Below, in pieces: positions 10,640-22,633 of a stretch of 64,000 nt of DNA. Numbering within the stretch: position 1 is the first letter of the stretch; every line of letters begins with the position of its first letter. Source of the stretch: Azolla caroliniana (taxonomy: Eukaryota; Plantae; Polypodiophyta); NCBI GenBank assembly GCA_043228905.1, contig JBHGNT010000001.1, positions 17,298,001 to 17,362,000 on the forward strand, read 5' to 3'. Made by a program: the position numbers and the translations under genes. The notes under the pieces are model-generated. The model was not told the DNA's origin. It did no database searches and saw only the letters and a program-made list of their open reading frames with translations.

Positions 10640-12900
10640 GCTGAGGATCTTTAGTACAAGTGTGGTGGATCCTTCTCTTGTTTCGAAATTTTCTTCGCAA
10701 TCGACCCATGTTACGCGCTTGCGTCCTCCTTCACCCTTCTGACCCTGGCAATTGGATCCGTATCCGGTTCATCGGCCTAATACCTCCTTCTACTCCTTTT
10801 CGGCCCTTCAGCTTGATCCCATTCCCCTACCGCCACCGTCCTTCTCTCTAGGTCTCATGCCGGCTCTCAGGCCGACCGTCGGAGTCTCCGGATCGGTATG
10901 AGGATCGCCATAGGATCACCCATCCGCACTTCTACGCTGTATCTTAGGATCCCACTTACCTACCGCCACTGTCTTTCTCTCTAGGTCGCACGCGGGCTCT
11001 TGGGCCGACTGCCGGAGTCTCCGGATCGGTGTGAGGATCACCCCCTCCCTGCCTTTGCCCTCGTCTTCTCGCCGCCACCATCAGTCTCTTGGTCTTACGT
11101 CGGCTTTGCTTCCGACTGCCGAAGTCTCTAGCCTGGTGTGGAGGATCCTTCTCCAGCGTCCGATATGGCTCAGCCATCACCTCTTATACCAAGCACGTCC
11201 CTTCTTCGCCCGGTACAAGTGTGGTGGATTTTTCTCTGGTTTCAAAATTTTCTTCGCAATTGACCCGTGTTACGTGCGCGCATCCTCCTTCACCCTTCCG
11301 ACCCTGCTGACTGGGTCCGTATCCGGTTCATCGGCCACCAAAGTCTCTAGCTCTGAGATGCCGAGGGTCTCCAGTACAAGTGTGGTGGATCCTTCTCTGG
11401 TTTCGAAATTTTCTTCGCAATCAACCCGTGTTACGCATGCGCGTCCTCCTTCACCTTTCCGACCTTGCTGACTTGGTCCGTATCCGGTTCATGGGCCTGA
11501 TACCTCCTTCTACTCCTTTTCAGCCCTTCAGCTTGATCCCGTTCACATGCTGCCACCGTTCTTCTCTCTAGGTCTCACATTGGCTCTCGGGCCGACCGTC
11601 GGAGTCTCCGGATCGATGTGAGGATCGCCATAGGTTCAGCCATCCTCACTTCTACGCCGTATCTTAGGATCCCGCTTACCTGCCGCCACCGTCCTTCTCT
11701 CTAGGTTTCACACGGGCTCTTGGGCCGACTGCCAGAGTCTCCGGATCGGTGTGAGGATCGCCCCATCCCCGCCTTTGCCCTTGTCCACTCGCCGCCACCA
11801 TCAGTCTCTTGGTCTTATGTCAGCTCTGGTGCCGACTGCCGAAGTCTCTAGCCCGGTGTGGAGGATCCTTCTTTGACCTCCGATATGTCTCAACCACCGC
11901 CTCGTGTACCAAGCGCGTGCCTTCTTCGTCCTACTGGCCCCTACTGATCGAGTCTGTTTCTGGTCTGTGGCTGCATCGCCAACCTTATACCTCTTTTCTG
12001 CTGTTTCGGCCCTTGCTTTGTCAGATCTCACGCCATCCTTCTCTCTAGGTCTCACACCAGCTCTTGGGCTGACTGCCGGAGCCTCTACCGCCACCGTCCT
12101 TCTCTCTAGGTCTCACGCCGGCTCTTGGGCTGACTGCCGAAGTCTCCAGATCAATGTGAGGATCGTCGTAGGATTGCCCCATCGCTGCCTTTGCCCTCGT
12201 CCCCTCGCCGCCACCATCAGTCTGTTGGTCTTACGTCGGCTCTGCTGCCAACTGCCGAAGTCTCTAGCCCGATGTGAAGGATCCTCTTGGGCCTCTCGTC
12301 TTTCCCAACCCTATCTCGGGTCGTCTTTCTCCTCATGTTGAGAGGGTGGCTTGCTCTGCACCCTCTCTCGTGGTACCGATGTACCGTGTTCTGGCCTCTT
12401 CGTAGGCCTGTTTCCTCCTCCCTTCCGGATCAGTTATCCTAATGTCTGCTCCACCTGGTTCTCCTTTGGGTCTGCCCTGCACTCTACATTGTCGGGTCCC
12501 GTTCTCCTACCGCCACCGTTAGTATCTTGGTCTTACGTCGGCTCTCAAGGCTGACCGCCGAAGTCTCTAACCTGGTGTGAGGTGACCCATAGGACCGGTC
12601 TTCATTCCTCCTCTTCCGGATCGGTTATCCTGAAGCCCGCTCCGCCCGTTTCTCGTCCGGGTCCACCCGTCACTCTACATTGCTGGGTCCTGTTCTCCTG
12701 ACACCACCATCAGTATCTTGGTCTTACATCGGATCCGATGCCGACCGCCGAAGTCTCTAGCCCGTTGTGAGGTGACCCCTAGGACCAGACTTCGTTCCTC
12801 CTCTTCCGTGTTCTTCTCTCGAACTCATCGTCGACCTTCTTGTTGTGCTCCTGCCTACATCTTCCATCTCTCTAGGTCTCACGCCGGCTATCAGGCTTGG
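10640..12900. repeat. Internal tandem and mosaic repeats (about 720-bp unit plus shorter TCTCTAGGTCTCACGCCGGCTC modules)
   Basis: AGTACAAGTGTGGTGGATCCTTCTC recurs at about 10653 and 11373. CCGAAGTCTCTAG and TCTCTAGGTC motifs recur many times. Confidence 0.8.
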
Positions 12901-13658
12901 TGCTGGAGTCTCTGGATGAGATGTGGGGGTACCGATTCTGAAACAGCTCCCGACAACTCGTCCAAGGCCATCGACCCTTTTAGTGGTGTCGGTGGAAAGA
13001 ATCTGTTCTATAATCGATCAAGCTCCGCCTAGGCTTGATTCTCCAATGTCCGGAGTTTCAGCTCCAATGTCGACCCCATCAGACTCATTCCGTACCCTCG
13101 ATCATCTTCTTCCCGATTCCCGACCTTTGCCCGGTCGGTCTTTCTCCGCATGTAAAAGAGGGCGGCTCGTCCCCCACCCTCTCCCATATCGGCACGTTCA
13201 TACTGAACCTGGCCCTTGTCGATTGGCTCTACTGCCTCTCCCTTGTCTTTCGTGTCTTGGGCTGGTTTCGGTCGAATGATCCACATCCGAATCGTGCTCC
13301 AACCGAATCGGAATACCGACTAGTTCGATCCCCGGCCGGGTCGACTTCCAATTCTACTCCCCTCGGCGGCGCCTCTTATCTCGTCCTCTTTCTCTGCTGC
13401 AACTCCGTCCTTGACCTCCTCCTAGGTCATTTCCCATCCATCTTCGTTGGCATCGTGGCAGGACTTCTCATTGGCGCCTTCCATCTCTCCGGTCTTATGC
13501 CGGAACACGGGCTCGACTACTAGAGTCTCCAGAATCCGCGGGGAGGGCTCTTCTCTGCTCCCAACCTCCTCCTCGGTCGGTCTTTCTCCGCAACTCGAGA
13601 GGGCGTCTCGTTCCACAGCCTCTCCCGTGGTACTGTCGTACCATTCTTTGGCCTCTGC

Positions 13659-14504
13659 CTAGGCCATGTCCGCCTTGTTCGGAAGGCCGACTAGCTCCGA
13701 GTCTTCGGAATCCACCCGCGTGTCGGATCTCTCTTGTTCGTCGACCATCGCCTTCAGAGCCTCGTATGCTTCTCGGACCAAGGCTTCAACATCGAGCTTC
13801 ACCGATCCTTCTTGTTGCGTGCCTGCTTCATGCCGTGATGACACGTCGTTGCGCGTTATCCTCCTTATGGCTTTCGCGGACTACTCCTCATCCAACCGTC
13901 GGCATACTCATTCGACTTCCGACCAGTCCTCGGTAAGGCCATTAGCTTCGTCCTCATCTTCGGGCTCAATTCAGATGGCCTCCCGTTCCGCTCTGTCGAT
14001 CGACCTAATGAACAACAAGACTTTGTTCACCCCCACCAGTCTTTGATCCCGCTCCGGGAGCCGAGTAAGCTGCCGCTCAAACTCTTAGAACGCCTTCGTT
14101 GCGCCCTAGTGGGTCTTCGACGATGCAACCCACTGGTCGAAGTCGCGTCATCATCGGCTCTTCGGCCGTCCTCCGTAGGCCTACAGGAGTGCCTCTTTGA
14201 AGGCCTCCCACGAACTATGAGCTTGTCGGAGCTCCTTTACTTCCGCGTGCATACGGACGTCAACGACTTGACAGAAGAACTCCAGCCTCAGCGCCTCGTC
14301 TACACTTCGCACCTCCATTTCTGCGTTGTAGGCTTCCAGGTAGAATGGGACTTTGTCCTCGTTGAAACGGATGACTCTTTCGACCACTCGTTCAATAGCT
14401 TGTTGCGTTGTTTCTTGCCTCATCACCACTCTTCCGAACTCCAACACCACTTCGGCCACCATCTCCGCGAAGTCAACGTCTTCCGACTCCATCCTCCCTT
14501 GCAA
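13659..14504 (-). pseudogene. gag: gag remnant
   Basis: RFNEDKVPFYLEAYNAEM, DFDQWV, ERDQRLVG, GLTEDW. Homologous to 22634-23113, with internal stops. Confidence 0.75.
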
Positions 14505-14507
14505 ACC

Positions 14508-14525
14508 TTCACGTCGGGTTCATCA
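14508..14525 (-). promoter_or_regulatory. PBS complementary to tRNA-Trp (one mismatch)
   Basis: TGATGAACCCGACGTGAA versus the recalled plant tRNA-Trp 3' end TTCACGTCGGGTTCACCA. Confidence 0.8.
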
Positions 14526-14529
14526 AAGA

Positions 14530-15371
14530 TGTCGCGGTAATCCGCGAGTATGTGTCGAAAGGGGCGGGACCACAGGGGTCTCGGATGAGGAAGAGATGGA
14601 TGTCAGGAGACCGACCCTCTCCGGTCCCGATTGTGGCGCAAACCAGAATGATTCCTAATGCGTACCGAAGGCTATCGAACACGAGAGAGGGAGAGAGAGA
14701 GAGAGAATACATGCAACACTGACTCAACGCACGCTACTTATGTACAGAAAACGAAAGAAGAAACTCCGAAGATGCAGACATAGACACAGATGCACAAAAC
14801 TTCACTATATATGTACAAGAGTAAGATACAACCCCCTCTTCGAGCCGAACCAAGGTAGGTTAGATTGCAATAGTACTCTGCTGCTAAGCCGCCGATCGGA
14901 GAGCTCTCGGGCTCGTTGCGCCGAGTGGGGTCTTGCACAGGAGACAGGGTAGAAGCCTAAACCCCTTTAGACATACGAGCTCTTAACCGGACTAAACCCT
15001 AAACAGACACAAAGACTCAACCCACATGACGACGACGACGACGAAGAACCTGAAGAACCCTAACAAAAAACAAGAAAGTAAGAAGAAAGATTATCATACC
15101 TTGGACCTAATGGTATACCCTCCTAACTCAAAATGGGCAACCCTTTTACAAGGGGCACTCCCTTCCTTTTATAGAACAAGGAGAGGGATGCGTAACAATG
15201 TGGGATAAATCCTGTTGTACACGGGATCCTTTGTCCCGAATTAACTCAGGTTCGGCACCATAAACGCACCCCTATTATTCACACGTTTATACAAGGGTGT
15301 GCACATGATGCACTTCGCCGATGCCACTAACTTCTCTGGTTTTCTCACTACGGTTGTGAATCTTTACGACA
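14530..15371 (-). repeat. 5' LTR
   Basis: Direct repeat of 8461-9301, adjacent to the PBS. Confidence 0.92.
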
Positions 15372-16799
15372 ACGGTTAGTTGCATGCATCCACACATGAC
15401 CTTTACTTTAGTTTTGCCCGTGCATGATCCGTACACTCGTCGTGACCAACCCTCAACTGATCAGTGCGTCTAGACCGACCTGTATTCGATCTGTGCATCC
15501 TGTTTCAAACAGTTCATCTACACTCGTCTATCTAGGCAGTTCGACCCAAATCACCTGAACCGTTCTGTGCTCCAAATACACATATACTAAGTAATGGGTT
15601 TTGGGTCTACTTATATAATGTTGGATCAGATGTTGTCCTATCTATGTGGGATATCTTACAGTTGTCTATTTTATGTGTAGTAAAATCAGTTCAGAAGCTC
15701 TTGAACACATCCACCTTTTCATACCAAGCCATTAAGCTAATCTAAAATAATTATTTCATTATTTTTCATATCGTGTGTGAATAACCACATGGCATCAATA
15801 ACTCTTATTTTCTACCCATGATTCTTGTCGATCGGCCACCATCCCCGAGCGTAAAATTCTGATGACATCATGTTAATCTATGATCCATGATCGATCAAAG
15901 CAATACATGGAATTTGTTGCTCCCCAATTTTTGCAAATGCCTCCGTTGTTTCTCAAGCCCAATGGTCCCTTGTATAGTGACTCCTATCCCCTTCATGAAT
16001 CCCAACATCATTTTTTATTTTTACACTTGCAGCATTGATGGTGCCACCATACAAATCTTGGAGTGTTGTTGCACACCCTCCCGTAATTTCCTCTATCACA
16101 TGTCTCTTTCTTCTAATAATATCTATAACAACTTTATGAAATTTTTTCTCTGCTATACCCAACCTTCCCTTTTCTTGCATACTCCATCACATCTTGCCAA
16201 AAGCTAGATCCACCATATGAATCTTCTACGCGCAACCCAAGGTTGGCACGGTTTGTATCGCTTGAGTTATTTCTCTCTCAGCATCTTCCATTAGCTTTTT
16301 CATTCCACCTCGCCCAAAGTTGAGTTGAAGTGGTTGTCGAGTCTTTGTTGAGTGAATCTTGCAATCTTGATAGTAGATTTTATCATAATTAAGAGCATTC
16401 TTATGTTCTTGACAATCTTTCTTCTGGTGGTCAATATTGTCACACCACATACACCTTCGGACCATTCCACCTCCTTGTCTTGACGAAGTTGAGCTTTGTC
16501 CCGATTACAGCTTCGCCTCTTTGATCGACAAGTCTTTCATTCCTTTCACCAATTTGTGCAAGAGAGATTGTTCTACTTTCTTTTCTCCCGACTCGTTCCT
16601 CGTTTCTTCTTCATTTTTCTCCTGCAACTCCATAAAGCATAACTTTCGTTTACAAAAATGGACGCAAGCCCTTTTTACCTCCTCCTAGTCTTCGGTAAGT
16701 CCACTCGAACTATTCTGATATTCTAGAAGTATTCCCAAGTCCTTCCTGTCTTTAATATTAGTAGCTTGTAGAAACAATATTACTTTATTTGGCGCTATT

Positions 16800-17666
16800 T
16801 GATAGCGTGTTTAAGACAAAGGGTAATTTTACACTATATGAGGGCTTGACCAAACCGGTTGGATGGAGTTGTGACTCATAATATATTATATAGATCAAGG
16901 TATCTACAAATTAGAGAGAGAGACTCAAGAAATTAAGAAAAAAAATAGAGAAGATGAGAAAGAGGTAAGATTGTTATGATATTCCAATATCAAGACAATA
17001 CAAAGGAGATAAACTCCACATTCAACTAAGAAACCAAAGACCTTCTTACTACCAATCACTCAAACCCACAATTAAGACCCTTCCTCTTCCACTAAGACCC
17101 TTCTTCCTGATCCTCCTCCTCTATTAGGATCCCCTCCTTTCACTAAGACCTTCTTCCTAATCCTCCTCCTCCTCTATTAGGATCCCCTCCTTCCACTAAG
17201 ACCTTCCACTTCTTTATTAAGACCCCTTATCTATTATAATTTTCTTCTTTTTCCTCGTTCACACCATTTGTAGAAGCTTTTTATCTCCTATTTTTAGCTA
17301 AGACCCAACGACCTTCTAATCATCATATCTCCCTCATCAAAGCTCCAAATTTAGTTATTTAAAACGCTATAGATAGCTCTCTTTATAAGCTTTCTAACCC
17401 ATATTTAAGCATAATATTTTGGGTAACAAACGAAGGATTTATGGCCATTCCTTTTTTATTGGTTTTTATGGGCCGCTTTTTCTCTTTTTACTTTTCTCTT
17501 GGTCTCGTACTTTTACTTTTGACTTCTTTCTAAGGTCGTGGTTCGTGTTCTTAGGTTCCAAATGGCTTAGATTATTACTTTATATTCTTCTAATGTTTAA
17601 TGGATTAGATTCTTACTTTATATTCTTCTAATGTTCAATGGCTTAGATTCTAAAAACACTTTCACA
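16800..17666. mobile_element. Solo LTR inserted into gag
   Basis: TGATAG...TTTCACA flanked by a perfect 5-bp TSD CTATT (16795-16799 and 17667-17671). Removing it restores the gag reading RDRNIIAPNKVILFL. Confidence 0.8.
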
Positions 17667-18747
17667 CTATTATATTTCTATCTCTAACATTTAATTGCTC
17701 AAATATTTCAGAAAATTCTTTTAATACTTCCAAAACACTTAAATATTTATCAGACTCTACCCAATCCATGAGAGCTCGCCTTGTCATCCTTGACATATCG
17801 TTGAGGTTTTATTAATTTAGTAATGCTCTTTCGAAAGTTTCCCATGTCTGATGCTCCCTCTGTAGGTCCTAGATCCTTTGTTGTAGCCCAATCACATTGA
17901 CTCGACTAAAGCTATTAATTTTGGTAGCTTCGTCGACACCATGTTTAAGCATTTCTTCATTTTAAATCTTCAAAAATCTTGTTAAATTTATACCTTTGAA
18001 GATTCTTACTCATGCAAGAATATTTTCGACGGCTTTGTCGATGCTTGCCATCATCCCTTGCTCTCGCATAATTCGTTCCATCATCGTACACATTTGCTCC
18101 TCCATTTCTCCTTGTCTCCGCCTTCTCGTCGGGTTAGGGTCACCAAATATGTCGGGGTAGTTGTTCGTGCGGTGAAGTCGCAAGGACTGAGGTTAAGGGG
18201 AGTTGAAGAAACTTTTATAAGGCTTGTGCAGAAATGTTATGAACATTAAGGATAAGAAGAATAAGAGTTTAAAGTAATTTGTGAGAGAGAGAGGAGCATG
18301 GATAAAAGATAGAGACAATGTATGATTCAAGAAGCAAGAGTATACGATATGAACATGATGTCTATTAATAATACAAGATTTTACCAACTTTACAATGTTT
18401 GATCACAAGACCTTTCTCTACCAAATTCTGACTTGAACCCTCGACTTCCACTTAAGATGCTTGCCAAAGGAGCTAGTTCCTTCTTCTTCTTCTTATTTTC
18501 TGTTTTCCTCTTGTTTCCCTCTCTTTTGCCATTCACTCTTTAAAAAGGTGCTCCCATGCATATGATGCATGTGAGGGTACAAGACATGCATGTAGTGCAT
18601 GAAATGCATGTAATGCATGATCGCCATTTGGCTTTCATGCATTACATGTGATGCATGATAGACATCTCGCTCATTTGAGCTTTCATGTATGAAAATATAT
18701 ATGGCATAAGTACAAACAAGAAAATATAATTCTATAAATAATTGACC

Positions 18748-18918
18748 TAGCCTAATGGTATGTGTTTTGTATTTGGTATGTGAGGTTGTGGGTTCAGGTC
18801 TCTGAAATGTTATTCAATACAATATTTTTTTATATCCTTTATGACACTTTAAAAACAAATAACCTAACCTAGTGGTATGTACCTCCAACATGGTGTGTGA
18901 GGTTACGGGTTTAAGTCT
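18748..18918 (+). promoter_or_regulatory. Two tandem tRNA-Pro-like A-box/B-box modules inside the LTR
   Basis: TAGCCTAATGG (18748) with GGTTCAGGTCT (18791), and TAACCTAGTGG (18865) with GGTTTAAGTCT (18908). Both have 43-nt spacing. Confidence 0.6.
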
Positions 18919-18983
18919 CTCAAATATTATTGAATACAATATGTAAGTTTATTTTTATATCGTGAAGCAAATCCTTCACGACA

Positions 18984-19459
18984 CCGTCACTGGTTGTTTC
19001 GACTTTATCAGAAGTGTCGACTTCTTCAATCTACTCGACTTCCTTTTTCTTCTTCTTGTCTCCCCCTATCTCTCCGGCTCTTTGTGCGATGCCATCACTT
19101 GTTTTCCCAGTTTCCGTTCCGATTCTCCCCCTCAAGTGCGGCATGTCGAGATGCTCAAAATACGGCATCTACGAGTAATGTTGCAACTTGTCAAGGCCGA
19201 GAGGTTTGGTGAAGATGTCGGCTACCTACTGATCCGTCCTAACATACCGGAGTTCTACTTCACCACAGAGGACCCACTTGCGTACAAAGTGATAATGCAT
19301 TGCTATGTGCTTCGTACGAGCATGGAACACAAGGTTCTTGGCTAGCTGCATGTTATTGATGTTGTCGCAGTAGATCGGGATCGGAGTTAGGACTTCGATA
19401 CGGAGGTCTTGCAACAGCCGTCGAAGCCAAATGGCTTCACATGTGGCAACGATAGCGCT
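18984..19459 (-). pseudogene. Copia RNase H 3' fragment (oldest layer, host of the flanking insertions)
   Basis: CEAIWLRRLL, IYCDN, FHARTKHI, and CTTGAGGGGGAG at 19136-19125. Confidence 0.85.
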
Positions 19460-19888
19460 TGTCATTATATAGCATGGTATGGCTTCAAAAGGATTTGAAC
19501 CCATGACCTTGTGGCACATGACCGAAAGCCTTACCATTAAGCTATAAGTTGTAATACAAAGAATATTATTTCCATTATTATTTCACTTAGGAAATCCATG
19601 TATATTCTAGATTTCTCTAGAATATTCTAGAAATGTCAAGAGTATTCCTAAAGCCACTATAAAAAGAGGCACATGGCATTATCAAGAATCAAATCGGTTC
19701 AACGCCAGTCTTAAGCCTCATTGCTATTCTTGTACTTACTCTTCATATAATATATCACCTATTATCATCATTCTCTCTCTATCTCCCTCTACTTTTCTCT
19801 TTTTCTCTCTTGTGAGTCTTACACATCCCCATAGTACTTCCCTTCTCGAATACTAATTCTCTCTATGTTTTTAGTACTATTCGTGATA
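19460..19888 (+). repeat. 5' LTR of chromovirus copy 2
   Basis: TGTCAT start, TATA at 19658, AAATCGGTTCAA at 19691-19702, antisense tRNA-like module at 19544-19491. Confidence 0.85.
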
Positions 19889-22592
19889 ATTTGAACTGAT
19901 TTTGCATCCTCTTATCCCTCCTTCCCTTCATACTAATCCTCTTATCCTCAGTAGTAAAATGGCAACTATTAGTGCTCAGGAATACCAATCTGTTTTCTCA
20001 AAGTTTCAATGCTTAAAAGAGAAGGTTGTAGCACTAGAACAAGAAAATTACCATCTGTTGGGGGATCTTCAACAAATAGCTCTAGAAAAACAACAACAAC
20101 ACGGGGAGTTGACGTTACGTGTACAACAACATGAAGCGACTATTGTATCACTACAACAACAAGGATCAAGCGCTCAAGGGACTCACAAAGAACCCAAGAT
20201 CGGTCTTCCTATGAAATTTGATGGGACCCGATCACAGTTTAGAGGTTTTCTTAATAAGATATGCTTAGTGATTCAAATGCATCCTTCTCGATATCCCATG
20301 GATGTATCACGAGTGGGACTAGTAGGCACTCTACTTAGTGGCACGACTTTGACATGGTTCACCCCCCTCTTAGAAAAAATCTCTCCCTGTTAAATATTTT
20401 TGAAGAGTTTATTAGTGAGTTTAAAGCCTGTTTTGGAGATACCGACAGTGTCAGGACGACAATCAACAAAATCCGAAGATTGCACCAAGGTGAGCGGCCG
20501 GCCTCGGCTTATGTTGCGGATTTCCGTCTTCTCGCCACTGATATTCCTTGGGATGACCTGACATTAATGGAGCAATTTCATTTTGGCCTACATAATGATG
20601 TGAAGGATTTACTCTTAACTTTCCCTAAAGCGCCAAAGTCATTGACAGAAGCAATCAGTCGTGTGGTGCGATGTGATAAGCGCCTTTTCGAACAACATTC
20701 GGAACGTCAGTTCCAGATGCCAAGGACAAGATCAGAGCCCATCTATGCCTCAGTTGTAGCAAAACCTTTTCCAAGAGAGTCATATAATGCGTCTCTAGCA
20801 AATACTTCAACTCCAATGGAAATTGACACCACACATCGTCGCGGACCATTATCGGAAGAGGAAAAGCAGGGACGTCGAGCAAATCGACTATGTCTCTATT
20901 ATGGTGGACCAGGGCATATTGTGGTGAGTTGTCCCCATAGGCCAAGAAGACAGGGAAAGAAAACAGTCACTAGTTCTTATTGTACTAAAACCGAGTTTAT
21001 TTCAGTAGGAATATCTGATAGTCCTAATAGTACTAATAGCCAAATCTATCGAACAAACTTGATGTCCTTAGTCAGTTAGAAGCCGTTTGGTTGGACAACC
21101 CTAGATATGTGCAACCCATTAGTGGTTCCATTCCCTCTAAGCAAGTTAGCAATGTGTTCTTAGCTCAAGTAACAGTTCTAGTACTTAATGTACCCCTCCA
21201 GTACATGTCTTAGCACTCCTAGATTCCAAAGCTAATTCTTGCTTCATGGATAGGAATTTTGCCTAAGCTCATCAGATATCCCTAAGAAAACTCCCTTGTT
21301 CAGCCTCCGTAGTAGTCATTGATGGTCGTCCCATTGCTTCCGGAAATATCATAGAAAAGTCAAAGCCAATTAACATTGTCCTAGATAATTTAGCGTTCTC
21401 GTGTGAATCATCTCACACTATGTAAAAATAATATTAATAATAAAATAAGTATTTTATATTAGCTTAATGGCATGTTATAGAAGATGGATGTTTGAGAAGA
21501 TAGGGAAAATAGAACTATTATTTATCCCACATAGATAGGAAACTTAAGGCCCTGGCTATATAAGCACCTTGAGACCCTCATTTATATTTATGCTAAGAGC
21601 ACTTTGGCCACTTTGTCTTGATGGATGATGGTGGCCAAGTTCCCAAAACCCGGAAACCGGTTGGTAAGCAAAACTAGAAATCGGCCAGTAAGCAAAACCG
21701 GAAACCGATCGATAAGCAAAACTGGGAAACGGCCGGAAAGCAAACTAGAATAGGCCGGTAAGCAGGAACCGGCCGTTAAGCAATCCAAAACCAGCGAAAT
21801 CAGCAATTGGATGGTGTCGCAAATCGGGCGGATCCAATAACTAGTGACGATTGAGACGAACATATGATAGGATCATGTGGCTAATTATAATAAAGTGAAG
21901 AAAACTAAAGTAAAGGTCGTGTGGACGGCGCATGCAACTAAAAGAAAAAGCCATGTAACTAAAAATAGATGCAACTAAAAGAAAAAGCCATGCAACTAAA
22001 AATAGATGCAACTAAAAGAAAAAGCTATGCAACTAAAAGTAGAGGCCATGCAACAAAAACTGAAGGCATATGATCAATGGGGAACTCCATATATATTCCA
22101 TTTTTTTTACACATCCTATACTCTCTCTCCATTAATTTTTCTTTTCCTTCTTAGCGCTCTTATCTTATCAAAGATATATCTCTCATAAACCCTAATTTCC
22201 TTACAGAAACCCAAAACTCTAATTTCCCTACGGAAGCAATAAACCCTAATTTTCCTTACGGAAGCTATAAACCCTAATTTTCCATACGGAAAACGAGGGA
22301 ACTCATAAACCATAATCTCTTATCAAAACCAAAAACCCTAATTTTCTATAGAATCCATATCTTAATTTGCTCTTTTCTATTACTCTAGTAATCTCCATTA
22401 ACTAAACTTTTTGTAATCTCAATCTTGAGATTCATTGTAATCTTTCTTTCTATTTGTTAATGAAATTTGTCAATCTTTCTCATTTTCCATTAATTGTTTA
22501 ATATAAACATATGAATTTAATATCTTCCGGTCGGAGGCCCCGGGGTCTTGCCTCAAAGTTCACGTATCCTTGTCGTATTTTCGCGACATCTT

Positions 22593-22610
22593 TGGTGAAC
22601 CCGACGTGAA
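22593..22610 (+). promoter_or_regulatory. PBS complementary to tRNA-Trp
   Basis: TGGTGAACCCGACGTGAA, an 18-nt complement of the plant tRNA-Trp 3' end as recalled. Confidence 0.85.
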
Positions 22611-22633
22611 ACGAGGCGGCAAGAGGATATCTT

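Larger units (their letters stand above)
8461..15371 (-). mobile_element. Non-autonomous gag-only Gypsy-type LTR element, tRNA-Trp primed
   Basis: LTRs 8461-9301 and 14530-15371 (TGTCGCGG..ACGACA), PBS 14525-14508, PPT GGTGGGGGCAGA, degenerate 4-bp TSD (ACAT/ACGG), gag remnant, no recognisable RT. Confidence 0.88.
2275..15794 (-). mobile_element. Interrupted 5' LTR of a tRNA-Trp-type Gypsy element (pieces 2275-2324, 7180-8460, 15372-15794)
   Basis: The pieces match the reverse complement of LTR 21397-22588 (end ...TTCGCGACA-TCTT, TAGTTGCATG repeats, TAGCTTAATGG near the start). Split by two younger insertions, with an internal duplication (about 7430-8270 vs 8300-8460 plus 15372-15750). Confidence 0.75.
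15795..18983 (-). mobile_element. Older tRNA-Trp-primed Gypsy element: 5' LTR (18983-18150), PBS, degenerate gag and protease
   Basis: LTR TGTCG..CGACA, PBS remnant 18145-18123 with a 5-nt insertion, gag (NKVILFL, GLTED), zinc knuckle CMWCDNIDHQKKDC, protease ALIDHGS. Confidence 0.8.

Noticed and set aside
9900-13600. Many 60-200 aa ORFs in the GC-rich interior
   Set aside because: No recognisable domains. They overlap in several frames within repeated sequence.
15729-15739. A-box-like TAGCTTAATGG in another LTR family (also about 8245, 21460, 24736)
   Set aside because: No B-box at tRNA-like spacing and it is in sense orientation, so it is not counted with the tRNA-like modules.
18748-18918. 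Functional tRNA genes (also 2734-2787 and 19491-19544)
   Set aside because: Acceptor and anticodon stems do not pair, so these are reported only as tRNA-like promoter modules.
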